NCBI GenBank assembly: GCA_964016885.1
Contig: OZ024744.1
Coordinates: 43,276,001-43,340,000 of the forward strand
From: Eledone cirrhosa
Taxonomy: Eukaryota
Length of the DNA: 64,000 nucleotides
Direction: 5' to 3'
In this document: piece by piece, positions 15,301-31,100 of the stretch
Layout of the letters: each line of letters begins with the position of its first letter
How positions within the stretch are numbered: position 1 is the first letter of the stretch
Notes under the pieces: model-generated
Database searches by the model: none
Told to the model about the DNA's origin: nothing
Seen by the model: only the letters and a program-made list of their open reading frames with translations
Made by a program: the position numbers and the translations under genes

Positions 15301-15806
15301 TCAATCTAACTCAATGAATCTAGTGTAACATTTATCTTCTCATTTGAATCACATGTAATGTCATTCTTTCTCAGTTATCTCTGATAATGCCCTAAAAAAG
15401 TCTAGCTATACTTTTGTCATCATTAAAAAGTCTTTGAGGAAGTCAATAAAATGTTTATTCTGGATTATTTTATGGAGGTTGTAATAGAGAGTTTGATATT
15501 GTTGACTGAATTAAGTAGTTATAAATTTACTGTTGAAAACCTAAATAAGTTACTGAATAACTTATTACATGATGTTTAAATTATAACTTACGCTTTTGAG
15601 AAGTTTCAGGCTTCATTGCAGCACTGGGAGGGTACACGGTAATATGGTCACCTAGAATATATAAATAACATCATAGTAAACCTACATGTATATATATAAA
15701 AAACATTACAAATACATGGAATCAGTTATTAGATTGATTATCTCTGATATATAGATATATACACCAGGTGCAAAGACATATGGACCAAACTCCCACTGTC
15801 CCTCGC

Positions 15807-15869
<63 letters not shown>

Positions 15870-17578
15870 GAGAGAATGGATAAATTACTGAATAACTTAT
15901 TAGATGATGTTCAAACTATAACTTACCCTTTTTAGTTGATTTTGCCTCCATTGAAGCAATGCGAGGGGACTGTGTAATATGGTCACCTAGAATATATAAA
16001 CAAAATCATAGTAAACCTACATGTATATATACAAATAACATTACAAATACAGGAAACAGTTATTAGATTTATTATCTCTGATATATACATATATACACCA
16101 GGTCCAAACATATATGGACCAAACTCCTACTGCCACTGCCATTTATATATATATATTTATATATAGTGAAAGGATTCAGGACGCCAACTACTTAGATCCG
16201 TAAATATACATTTACTACTAAATTTTTTATAATCATGGCAACAGTCCTAATAAAGCAAATTTATTCTTACATACACACACACAGAGATTGCACACTCACA
16301 CAAACACAAACAGGGCTCACACACACTCAAAAAAGCATCACCGGTGAAACACACCCAAACAGTTACACAATGAATTAATATACAACCCAATATACCTATA
16401 TGTATACATCAACATACACATAATACCAACATCACTTCACTTATATATGTACACACAATTTTATTCAATGGGTCCACCTAACACATTACATAAACTTAGA
16501 ATGTATACAGATATACAATATAACGTCAATTTGATATTAATGTTGAAACACGTGTAATAGTTTTCTGTACTAACTGGTAGGAATCGGTTTGAAATACAAC
16601 TTACTTTCTTTTGATCCACCTCTTATGTGTGTGCCTGAGTCAGAGACAAGGATCTCTACAGGAGTCACACCTGGAAAAATATACAGAAGAAAAGAATAAT
16701 AAAAGCTAGAAGGCTTTCTTGAGAAGAGTTTGTTGTCAAGTTGAAGAAAGGGTAGAATGAGTTGTCATTTGTTTAATCAACTAGATCAAATTATACGGTT
16801 TGTTCTCTCAAGGACATGCTTACTTTTCCCACAAATCTAAAACTTACAAAAGGAGTAAAGTGTGGTTAGTCTTGAATTATGAGAGAAACATTCTACAGTT
16901 TCCTACTGGTCCTTAAAATCAGATTTATATAGTGGTTTACCAAATATTTAGGGTACTGGCAGATGTAGTGGAGAAGAGGATGCAGCATATGAACAATGAA
17001 GGGTGACAAGAAATTGTGAAGAACTGTAGGATAAAATTTGATAAAGAAGAGAATACTGATCTCTGAAATAATTCAATCTAACTCAATGAATCTAGTGTAA
17101 CATTTATCTTCTCATTTGAATCACATGTAATGTCATTCTTTCTCAGTTATCTCTGATAATGCCCTAAAAAAGTCTAGCTATACTTTTGTCATCATTAAAA
17201 GGTCTTTGAGGAAGTCAATAAAATGTTTATTCTGGATTATTTTATGGAGGTTGTAATAGAGAGTTTGATATTGTTGACTGAATTAAGTAGTTATAAATTT
17301 ACTGTTGAAAACCTAAATAAGTTACTGAATAACTTATTACATGATGTTTAAATTATAACTTACGCTTTTGAGAAGTTTCAGGCTTCATTGCAGCACTGGG
17401 AGGGTACACGGTAATATGGTCACCTAGAATATATAAACAACATCATAGTAAACCTACATGTATATATATAAAAAACATTACAAATACATGGAATCAGTTA
17501 TTAGATTGATTATCTCTGATATATAGATATATACACCAGGTGCAAAGACATATGGACCAAACTCCCACTGTCCCTCGC

Positions 17579-17641
<63 letters not shown>

Positions 17642-20600
17642 GAGAGAATGGATAAATTACTGAATAACTTATTAGATGATGTTCAAACTATAACTTACCC
17701 TTTTTAGTTGATTTTGCCTCCATTGAAGCAATGCGAGGGGACTGTGTAATATGGTCACCTAGAATATATAAACAAAATCATAGTAAACCTACATGTATAT
17801 ATACAAATAACATTACAAATACAGGAAACAGTTATTAGATTTATTATCTCTGATATATACATATATACACCAGGTCCAAACATATATGGACCAAACTCCT
17901 ACTGCCACTGCCATTTATATATATATATTTATATATAGTGAAAGGATTCAGGACGCCAACTACTTAGATCCGTAAATATACATTTACTACTAAATTTTCT
18001 ATAATCATGGCAACAGTCCTAATAAAGCAAATTTATTCTTACATACACACACACAGAGATTGCACACTCACAAACTCACACTCACACAAACACAAACAGG
18101 GCTCACACACACTCAAAAAAGCATCACCGGTGAAACACACCCAAACAGGTACACAATGAATTAATATACAACCCAATATACCTATATGTATACATCAACA
18201 TACACATAATACCAACATCACTTCACTTATATATGTACACACAATTTTATTCAATGGGTCCACCTAACACATTACATAAACTTAGAATGTATACAGATAT
18301 ACAATATAACGTCAATTTGATATTAATGTTGAAACACGTGTAATAGTTTTCTGTACTAACTGGTAGGAATCGGTTTGAAATACAACTTACTTTCTTTTGA
18401 TCCACCTCTTATGTGTGTGCCTGAGTCAGAGACAAGGATCTCTACAGGAGTCACACCTGGAAAAATATACAGAAGAAAAGAATAATAAAAGCTAGAAGGC
18501 TTTCTTGAGAAGAGTTTGTTGTCAAGTTGAAGAAAGGGTAGAATGAGTTGTCATTTGTTTAATCAACTAGATCAAATTATACGGTTTGTTCTCTCAAGGA
18601 CATGCTTACTTTTCCCACAAATCTAAAACTTACAAAAGGAGTAAAGTGTGGTTAGTCTTGAATTATGAGAGAAACATTCTACAGTTTCCTACTGGTCCTT
18701 AAAATCAGATTTATATAGTGGTTTACCAAATATTTAGGGTACTGGCAGATGTAGTGGAGAAGAGGATGCAGCATATGAACAATGAAGGGTGACAAGAAAT
18801 TGTGAAGAACTGTAGGATAAAATTTGATAAAGAAGAGAATACTGATCTCTGAAATAATTCAATCTAACTCAATGAATCTAGTGTAACATTTATCTTCTCA
18901 TTTGAATCACATGTAATGTCATTCTTTCTCAGTTATCTCTGATAATGCCCTAAAAAAGTCTAGCTATACTTTTGTCATCATTAAAAGGTCTTTGAGGAAG
19001 TCAATAAAATGTTTATTCTGGATTATTTTATGGAGGTTGTAATAGAGAGTTTGATATTGTTGACTGAATTAAGTAGTTATAAATTTACTGTTGAAAACCT
19101 AAATAAGTTACTGAATAACTTATTACATGATGTTTAAATTATAACTTACGCTTTTGAGAAGTTTCAGGCTTCATTGCAGCACTGGGAGGGTACACGGTAA
19201 TATGGTCACCTAGAATATATAAACAACATCATAGTAAACCTACATGTATATATATAAAAAACATTACAAATACATGGAATCAGTTATTAGATTGATTATC
19301 TCTGATATATAGATATATACACCAGGTGCAAAGACATATGGACCAAACTCCCACTGTCCCTCGCATATATATATATTTATATATAGAGAGAATGGATAAA
19401 TTACTGAATAACTTATTAGATGATGTTCAAACTATAACTTACCCTTTTTAGTTGATTTTGCCTCCATTGAAGCAATGCGAGGGGACTGTGTAATATGGTC
19501 ACCTAGAATATATAAACAAAATCATAGTAAACCTACATGTATATATACAAATAACATTACAAATACAGGAAACAGTTATTAGATTTATTATCTCTGATAT
19601 ATACATATATACACCAGGTCCAAACATATATGGACCAAACTCCTACTGCCACTGCCATTTATATATATATATTTATATATAGTGAAAGGATTCAGGACGC
19701 CAACTACTTAGATCCGTAAATATACATTTACTACTAAATTTTCTATAATCATGGCAACAGTCCTAATAAAGCAAATTTATTCTTACATACACACACACAG
19801 AGATTGCACACTCACAAACTCACACTCACACAAACACAAACAGGGCTCACACACACTCAAAAAAGCATCACCGGTGAAACACACCCAAACAGGTACACAA
19901 TGAATTAATATACAACCCAATATACCTATATGTATACATCAACATACACATAATACCAACATCACTTCACTTATATATGTACACACAATTTTATTCAATG
20001 GGTCCACCTAACACATTACATAAACTTAGAATGTATACAGATATACAATATAACGTCAATTTGATATTAATGTTGAAACACGTGTAATAGTTTTCTGTAC
20101 TAACTGGTAGGAATCGGTTTGAAATACAACTTACTTTCTTTTGATCCACCTCTTATGTGTGTGCCTGAGTCAGAGACAAGGATCTCTACAGGAGTCACAC
20201 CTGGAAAAATATACAGAAGAAAAGAATAATAAAAGCTAGAAGGCTTTCTTGAGAAGAGTTTGTTGTCAAGTTGAAGAAAGGGTAGAATGAGTTGTCATTT
20301 GTTTAATCAACTAGATCAAATTATACGGTTTGTTCTCTCAAGGACATGCTTACTTTTCCCACAAATCTAAAACTTACAAAAGGAGTAAAGTGTGGTTAGT
20401 CTTGAATTATGAGAGAAACATTCTACAGTTTCCTACTGGTCCTTAAAATCAGATTTATATAGTGGTTTACCAAATATTTAGGGTACTGGCAGATGTAGTG
20501 GAGAAGAGGATGCAGCATATGAACAATGAAGGGTGACAAGAAATTGTGAAGAACTGTAGGATAAAATTTGATAAAGAAGAGAATACTGATCTCTGAAATA

Positions 20601-22852
20601 ATTCAATCTAACTCAATGAATCTAGTGTAACATTTATCTTCTCATTTGAATCACATGTAATGTCATTCTTTCTCAGTTATCTCTGATAATGCCCTAAAAA
20701 AGTCTAGCTATACTTTTGTCATCATTAAAAGGTCTTTGAGGAAGTCAATAAAATGTTTATTCTGGATTATTTTATGGAGGTTGTAATAGAGAGTTTGATA
20801 TTGTTGACTGAATTAAGTAGTTATAAATTTACTGTTGAAAACCTAAATAAGTTACTGAATAACTTATTACATGATGTTTAAATTATAACTTACGCTTTTG
20901 AGAAGTTTCAGGCTTCATTGCAGCACTGGGAGGGTACACGGTAATATGGTCACCTAGAATATATAAACAACATCATAGTAAACCTACATGTATATATATA
21001 AAAAACATTACAAATACATGGAATCAGTTATTAGATTGATTATCTCTGATATATAGATATATACACCAGGTGCAAAGACATATGGACCAAACTCCCACTG
21101 TCCCTCGCATATATATATATTTATATATAGAGAGAATGGATAAATTACTGAATAACTTATTAGATGATGTTCAAACTATAACTTACCCTTTTTAGTTGAT
21201 TTTGCCTCCATTGAAGCAATGCGAGGGGACTGTGTAATATGGTCACCTAGAATATATAAACAAAATCATAGTAAACCTACATGTATATATACAAATAACA
21301 TTACAAATACAGGAAACAGTTATTAGATTTATTATCTCTGATATATACATATATACACCAGGTCCAAACATATATGGACCAAACTCCTACTGCCACTGCC
21401 ATTTATATATATATATTTATATATAGTGAAAGGATTCAGGACGCCAACTACTTAGATCCGTAAATATACATTTACTACTAAATTTTCTATAATCATGGCA
21501 ACAGTCCTAATAAAGCAAATTTATTCTTACATACACACACACAGAGATTGCACACTCACAAACTCACACTCACACAAACACAAACAGGGCTCACACAAAC
21601 TCAAAAAAGCATCACCGGTGAAACACACCCAAACAGGTACACAATGAATTAATATACAACCCAATATACCTATATGTATACATCAACATACACATAATAC
21701 CAACATCACTTCACTTATATATGTACACACAATTTTATTCAATGGGTCCACCTAACACATTACATAAACTTAGAATGTATACAGATATACAATATAACGT
21801 CAATTTGATATTAATGTTGAAACACGTGTAATAGTTTTCTGTACTAACTGGTAGGAATCGGTTTGAAATACAACTTACTTTCTTTTGATCCACCTCTTAT
21901 GTGTGTGCCTGAGTCAGAGACAAGGATCTCTACAGGAGTCACACCTGGAAAAATATACAGAAGAAAAGAATAATAAAAGCTAGAAGGCTTTCTTGAGAAG
22001 AGTTTGTTGTCAAGTTGAAGAAAGGGTAGAATGAGTTGTCATTTGTTTAATCAACTAGATCAAATTATACGGTTTGTTCTCTCAAGGACATGCTTACTTT
22101 TCCCACAAATCTAAAACTTACAAAAGGAGTAAAGTGTGGTTAGTCTTGAATTATGAGAGAAACATTCTACAGTTTCCTACTGGTCCTTAAAATCAGATTT
22201 ATATAGTGGTTTACCAAATATTTAGGGTACTGGCAGATGTAGTGGAGAAGAGGATGCAGCATATGAACAATGAAGGGTGACAAGAAATTGTGAAGAACTG
22301 TAGGATAAAATTTGATAAAGAAGAGAATACTGATCTCTGAAATAATTCAATCTAACTCAATGAATCTAGTGTAACATTTATCTTCTCATTTGAATCACAT
22401 GTAATGTCATTCTTTCTCAGTTATCTCTGATAATGCCCTAAAAAAGTCTAGCTATACTTTTGTCATCATTAAAAGGTCTTTGAGGAAGTCAATAAAATGT
22501 TTATTCTGGATTATTTTATGGAGGTTGTAATAGAGAGTTTGATATTGTTGACTGAATTAAGTAGTTATAAATTTACTGTTGAAAACCTAAATAAGTTACT
22601 GAATAACTTATTACATGATGTTTAAATTATAACTTACGCTTTTGAGAAGTTTCAGGCTTCATTGCAGCACTGGGAGGGTACACGGTAATATGGTCACCTA
22701 GAATATATAAACAACATCATAGTAAACCTACATGTATATATATAAAAAACATTACAAATACATGGAATCAGTTATTAGATTGATTATCTCTGATATATAG
22801 ATATATACACCAGGTGCAAAGACATATGGACCAAACTCCCACTGTCCCTCGC

Positions 22853-22917
<65 letters not shown>

Positions 22918-25900
22918 GAGAGAATGGATAAATTACTGAATAACTTATTAGATGATGTTCAAACTATAACTTACCCTTTTTAGTTGATTTTGCCTCCATT
23001 GAAGCAATGCGAGGGGACTGTGTAATATGGTCACCTAGAATATATAAACAAAATCATAGTAAACCTACATGTATATATACAAATAACATTACAAATACAG
23101 GAAACAGTTATTAGATTTATTATCTCTGATATATACATATATACACCAGGTCCAAACATATATGGACCAAACTCCTACTGCCACTGCCATTTATATATAT
23201 ATATTTATATATAGTGAAAGGATTCAGGACGCCAACTACTTAGATCCGTAAATATACATTTACTACTAAATTTTCTATAATCATGGCAACAGTCCTAATA
23301 AAGCAAATTTATTCTTACATACACACACACAGAGATTGCACACTCACAAACTCACACTCACACAAACACAAACAGGGCTCACACACACTCAAAAAAGCAT
23401 CACCGGTGAAACACACCCAAACAGGTACACAATGAATTAATATACAACCCAATATACCTATATGTATACATCAACATACACATAATACCAACATCACTTC
23501 ACTTATATATGTACACACAATTTTATTCAATGGGTCCACCTAACACATTACATAAACTTAGAATGTATACAGATATACAATATAACGTCAATTTGATATT
23601 AATGTTGAAACACGTGTAATAGTTTTCTGTACTAACTGGTAGGAATCGGTTTGAAATACAACTTACTTTCTTTTGATCCACCTCTTATGTGTGTGCCTGA
23701 GTCAGAGACAAGGATCTCTACAGGAGTCACACCTGGAAAAATATACAGAAGAAAAGAATAATAAAAGCTAGAAGGCTTTCTTGAGAAGAGTTTGTTGTCA
23801 AGTTGAAGAAAGGGTAGAATGAGTTGTCATTTGTTTAATCAACTAGATCAAATTATACGGTTTGTTCTCTCAAGGACATGCTTACTTTTCCCACAAATCT
23901 AAAACTTACAAAAGGAGTAAAGTGTGGTTAGTCTTGAATTATGAGAGAAACATTCTACAGTTTCCTACTGGTCCTTAAAATCAGATTTATATAGTGGTTT
24001 ACCAAATATTTAGGGTACTGGCAGATGTAGTGGAGAAGAGGATGCAGCATATGAACAATGAAGGGTGACAAGAAATTGTGAAGAACTGTAGGATAAAATT
24101 TGATAAAGAAGAGAATACTGATCTCTGAAATAATTCAATCTAACTCAATGAATCTAGTGTAACATTTATCTTCTCATTTGAATCACATGTAATGTCATTC
24201 TTTCTCAGTTATCTCTGATAATGCCCTAAAAAAGTCTAGCTATACTTTTGTCATCATTAAAAGGTCTTTGAGGAAGTCAATAAAATGTTTATTCTGGATT
24301 ATTTTATGGAGGTTGTAATAGAGAGTTTGATATTGTTGACTGAATTAAGTAGTTATAAATTTACTGTTGAAAACCTAAATAAGTTACTGAATAACTTATT
24401 ACATGATGTTTAAATTATAACTTACGCTTTTGAGAAGTTTCAGGCTTCATTGCAGCACTGGGAGGGTACACGGTAATATGGTCACCTAGAATATATAAAC
24501 AACATCATAGTAAACCTACATGTATATATATAAAAAACATTACAAATACATGGAATCAGTTATTAGATTGATTATCTCTGATATATAGATATATACACCA
24601 GGTGCAAAGACATATGGACCAAACTCCCACTGTCCCTCGCATATATATATATTTATATATAGAGAGAATGGATAAATTACTGAATAACTTATTAGATGAT
24701 GTTCAAACTATAACTTACCCTTTTTAGTTGATTTTGCCTCCATTGAAGCAATGCGAGGGGACTGTGTAATATGGTCACCTAGAATATATAAACAAAATCA
24801 TAGTAAACCTACATGTATATATACAAATAACATTACAAATACAGGAAACAGTTATTAGATTTATTATCTCTGATATATACATATATACACCAGGTCCAAA
24901 CATATATGGACCAAACTCCTACTGCCACTGCCATTTATATATATATATTTATATATAGTGAAAGGATTCAGGACGCCAACTACTTAGATCCGTAAATATA
25001 CATTTACTACTAAATTTTCTATAATCATGGCAACAGTCCTAATAAAGCAAATTTATTCTTACATACACACACACAGAGATTGCACACTCACAAACTCACA
25101 CTCACACAAACACAAACAGGGCTCACACAAACTCAAAAAAGCATCACCGGTGAAACACACCCAAACAGGTACACAATGAATTAATATACAACCCAATATA
25201 CCTATATGTATACATCAACATACACATAATACCAACATCACTTCACTTATATATGTACACACAATTTTATTCAATGGGTCCACCTAACACATTACATAAA
25301 CTTAGAATGTATACAGATATACAATATAACGTCAATTTGATATTAATGTTGAAACACGTGTAATAGTTTTCTGTACTAACTGGTAGGAATCGGTTTGAAA
25401 TACAACTTACTTTCTTTTGATCCACCTCTTATGTGTGTGCCTGAGTCAGAGACAAGGATCTCTACAGGAGTCACACCTGGAAAAATATACAGAAGAAAAG
25501 AATAATAAAAGCTAGAAGGCTTTCTTGAGAAGAGTTTGTTGTCAAGTTGAAGAAAGGGTAGAATGAGTTGTCATTTGTTTAATCAACTAGATCAAATTAT
25601 ACGGTTTGTTCTCTCAAGGACATGCTTACTTTTCCCACAAATCTAAAACTTACAAAAGGAGTAAAGTGTGGTTAGTCTTGAATTATGAGAGAAACATTCT
25701 ACAGTTTCCTACTGGTCCTTAAAATCAGATTTATATAGTGGTTTACCAAATATTTAGGGTACTGGCAGATGTAGTGGAGAAGAGGATGCAGCATATGAAC
25801 AATGAAGGGTGACAAGAAATTGTGAAGAACTGTAGGATAAAATTTGATAAAGAAGAGAATACTGATCTCTGAAATAATTCAATCTAACTCAATGAATCTA

Positions 25901-28125
25901 GTGTAACATTTATCTTCTCATTTGAATCACATGTAATGTCATTCTTTCTCAGTTATCTCTGATAATGCCCTAAAAAAGTCTAGCTATACTTTTGTCATCA
26001 TTAAAAGGTCTTTGAGGAAGTCAATAAAATGTTTATTCTGGATTATTTTATGGAGGTTGTAATAGAGAGTTTGATATTGTTGACTGAATTAAGTAGTTAT
26101 AAATTTACTGTTGAAAACCTAAATAAGTTACTGAATAACTTATTACATGATGTTTAAATTATAACTTACGCTTTTGAGAAGTTTCAGGCTTCATTGCAGC
26201 ACTGGGAGGGTACACGGTAATATGGTCACCTAGAATATATAAACAACATCATAGTAAACCTACATGTATATATATAAAAAACATTACAAATACATGGAAT
26301 CAGTTATTAGATTGATTATCTCTGATATATAGATATATACACCAGGTGCAAAGACATATGGACCAAACTCCCACTGTCCCTCGCATATATATATATTTAT
26401 ATATAGAGAGAATGGATAAATTACTGAATAACTTATTAGATGATGTTCAAACTATAACTTACCCTTTTTAGTTGATTTTGCCTCCATTGAAGCAATGCGA
26501 GGGGACTGTGTAATATGGTCACCTAGAATATATAAACAAAATCATAGTAAACCTACATGTATATATACAAATAACATTACAAATACAGGAAACAGTTATT
26601 AGATTTATTATCTCTGATATATACATATATACACCAGGTCCAAACATATATGGACCAAACTCCTACTGCCACTGCCATTTATATATATATATTTATATAT
26701 AGTGAAAGGATTCAGGACGCCAACTACTTAGATCCGTAAATATACATTTACTACTAAATTTTCTATAATCATGGCAACAGTCCTAATAAAGCAAATTTAT
26801 TCTTACATACACACACACAGAGATTGCACACTCACAAACTCACACTCACACAAACACAAACAGGGCTCACACAAACTCAAAAAAGCATCACCGGTGAAAC
26901 ACACCCAAACAGGTACACAATGAATTAATATACAACCCAATATACCTATATGTATACATCAACATACACATAATACCAACATCACTTCACTTATATATGT
27001 ACACACAATTTTATTCAATGGGTCCACCTAACACATTACATAAACTTAGAATGTATACAGATATACAATATAACGTCAATTTGATATTAATGTTGAAACA
27101 CGTGTAATAGTTTTCTGTACTAAATGGTAGGAATCGGTTTGAAATACAACTTACTTTCTTTTGATCCACCTCTTATGTGTGTGCCTGAGTCAGAGACAAG
27201 GATCTCTACAGGAGTCACACCTGGAAAAATATACAGAAGAAAAGAATAATAAAAGCTAGAAGGCTTTCTTGAGAAGAGTTTGTTGTCAAGTTGAAGAAAG
27301 GGTAGAATGAGTTGTCATTTGTTTAATCAACTAGATCAAATTATACGGTTTGTTCTCTCAAGGACATGCTTACTTTTCCCACAAATCTAAAACTTACAAA
27401 AGGAGTAAAGTGTGGTTAGTCTTGAATTATGAGAGAAACATTCTACAGTTTCCTACTGGTCCTTAAAATCAGATTTATATAGTGGTTTACCAAATATTTA
27501 GGGTACTGGCAGATGTAGTGGAGAAGAGGATGCAGCATATGAACAATGAAGGGTGACAAGAAATTGTGAAGAACTGTAGGATAAAATTTGATAAAGAAGA
27601 GAATACTGATCTCTGAAATAATTCAATCTAACTCAATGAATCTAGTGTAACATTTATCTTCTCATTTGAATCACATGTAATGTCATTCTTTCTCAGTTAT
27701 CTCTGATAATGCCCTAAAAAAGTCTAGCTATACTTTTGTCATCATTAAAAGGTCTTTGAGGAAGTCAATAAAATGTTTATTCTGGATTATTTTATGGAGG
27801 TTGTAATAGAGAGTTTGATATTGTTGACTGAATTAAGTAGTTATAAATTTACTGTTGAAAACCTAAATAAGTTACTGAATAACTTATTACATGATGTTTA
27901 AATTATAACTTACGCTTTTGAGAAGTTTCAGGCTTCATTGCAGCACTGGGAGGGTACACGGTAATATGGTCACCTAGAATATATAAATAACATCATAGTA
28001 AACCTACATGTATATATATAAAAAACATTACAAATACATGGAATCAGTTATTAGATTGATTATCTCTGATATATAGATATATACACCAGGTGCAAAGACA
28101 TATGGACCAAACTCCCACTGTCCCT

Positions 28126-28164
<39 letters not shown>

Positions 28165-31100
28165 AGAGAGAGAGAGAGAGAGAATGGATAAATTACTGAA
28201 TAACTTATTAGATGATGTTCAAACTATAACTTACCCTTTTTAGTTGATTTTGCCTCCATTGAAGCAATGCGAGGGGACTGTGTAATATGGTCACCTAGAA
28301 TATATAAACAAAATCATAGTAAACCTACATGTATATATACAAATAACATTACAAATACAGGAAACAGTTATTAGATTTATTATCTCTGATATATACATAT
28401 ATACACCAGGTCCAAACATATATGGACCAAACTCCTACTGCCACTGCCATTTATATATATATATTTATATATAGTGAAAGGATTCAGGACGCCAACTACT
28501 TAGATCCGTAAATATACATTTACTACTAAATTTTCTATAATCATGGCAACAGTCCTAACAAAGCAAATATATTCTTACCTACTTGCACACTCACAAACTC
28601 ACACTCACACAAACACAAACAGGGCTCACACACACTCAAAAAAGCATCACCGGTGAAACACACCCAAACAGGTACACAATGAATTAATATACAACCCAAT
28701 ATACCTATATGTATACATCAACATACACATAATACCAACATCACTTCACTTATATATGTACACACAATTTTATTCAATAGGTCCACCATACACATTACAT
28801 AAACTTAGAATGTATACAAATATACAATATAACGTAAATTTGATATTAATGTTGAAACATGTGTAATAGTTTTCTGTACTAACTGGTAGGAATGGGTTTG
28901 AAATACAACTTACTTTCTTTTGATCCACCTCTTATGTATGTGCCTGAGTCAGAGACAAGGATCTCTACAGGAGTCACACCTGGAAAAAAATATACAGAAG
29001 AAAAGAATAATAAAAGCTAGAAGGCTTTCTTGAGAAGAGTTTGTAGTCAAGTTGAAGAAAGGGTAGAATGAGTTGTCATTTGTTTAATCAACTAGATCAA
29101 ATTATACGGTTTGTTCTCTCAAGGACATGCTTACTTTTCCCACAAATCTAAAACTTCCAAAAGGAGTAAAGTGTGGTTAGTCATATGTGGGCTGTCTTGA
29201 ATTATGAGAGAAACATTCTACAGTTTCCTACTGGTCCTTAAAATCAGATTTATATAGTGGTTTACCAAATATTTAGGGTACTGGCAGATGTAGTGGAGAA
29301 GAGGATGCAGCGTATGAACAATGAAGGGTGACAAGAAATTGGGAAGAAATGTAGGACAAAGTTTTGATAAAGAAGAGAATACTGATCTCTGAAATAATTC
29401 AAACTACCTCAATGAATCTTGTGCAACATTTATCTTCTCATTTGAATCACATGTAATGTCATTCTTTCTCAGCTATCTCTGATAATGCCCTAAAAAAGTC
29501 TAGCTATACTTTTGTCATCATTACAAGGTCTTTGAGGAAGTCAATAAAATGTTTATTCTGGATTATTTTATGGAGGTTGTAATACAGAGTTTGATATTGT
29601 TGACTGAATTAAGTAGTTATGAATTTACTGTTGAAAACCTAAATAAGTTACTGAATAACTTATTACATGATGTTTAAATTATAACTTACTCTTTTGAGTA
29701 GTTTCAGGCTTCATTGCAGCACTGGGAGGGTACACGGTAATATGGTCACCTAGAATATATAAACAACATCATAGTAAACCTACATGTATATATACAAATA
29801 ACATTACAAATACATGGAATCAGTTATTAGATTGATTATCTCTGATAAATACATATATACAACAGGTGCAAACACATAGGGACCAAAGTCCCACTGTCCC
29901 TCGCATATATATATACATATATATACATGAAGATAGACATAGAATATTCGAAAATATTCTGTATGTTTAAATAAACATTTTGAAGACCTAATCGCTATAG
30001 AATAGAATACGTCACGTATTACAATTAGATTCTCGATAAAAGCAAGGGAAGTAACCTACGCGTTTTATTCTCATTAGAAATCTTCAGGATTACATATCCA
30101 GTGCTTTTATCGAGAATGACACAGCTAGAGACTTATAGAATACTTAGCTGTGTACAGGAACTGGTTTGAAAGAGCGGTTGCCGGTCCGGCAGAAATTAGA
30201 AATTGGATTAAATGCTCTGAAATAGCGATATATATGTGAAGATAGACATGATATGTGAAGATTTCTAATGAGAATGAAACGCGTAGGTTACTTCCCTTGC
30301 TTTTATCGAGAATCTAATTGTAATACGTGACGTATTCTATTCTATAGCGATTAGGTCTTCAAAATGTTTATTTAAACATACAGAATATTTTCGAATAATG
30401 TATGTCTATCTTCACATATATATCGCTATTTCAGAGCATTTAATCCATTATATATATATATATATTTATATATAGAGAGAATGGATAAATTACTGAATAA
30501 CTTATTAGATGATGTTCAAACTATAACTTACTCTTTTTAGTTGATTTTGGCTCCATTGAAGCAATGCGAGGGGACTGTGTAATATGGTCACCTAGAATAT
30601 ATAAACAAAATCATAGTAAACCTACATGTATATATACAAATAACATTACAAATACAGGAAACAGTTATTAGATTCATTATCTCTGATATATACATATATA
30701 CACCAGGTCCAAACATATATGGACCAAACTCCCACTGCCACTGCCATTTATATATATATATTTATATATAGTGAAAGGATTCAGGACGCCAACTACTTAG
30801 ATCCGTAAATATACATTTACTACTAAATTTTCTATAATCATGGCAACAGTCCTAATAAAGCAAATTCATTCTTACATACACACGCACAGAGATTGCACAC
30901 ACACAAACTCACACTCACACAAACACAAACAGAGCTCACACACACTCAAAAAAGCATCACCGGTGAAACAAACCCAAACAGGTACACAATGAATTAATAT
31001 ACAACCCAATATACCTATATGTATACATCAACATACACATAATACCAACATCACTTCACTTATATATGTACATACAATTTTATTCAATAGGTCCACCTAA

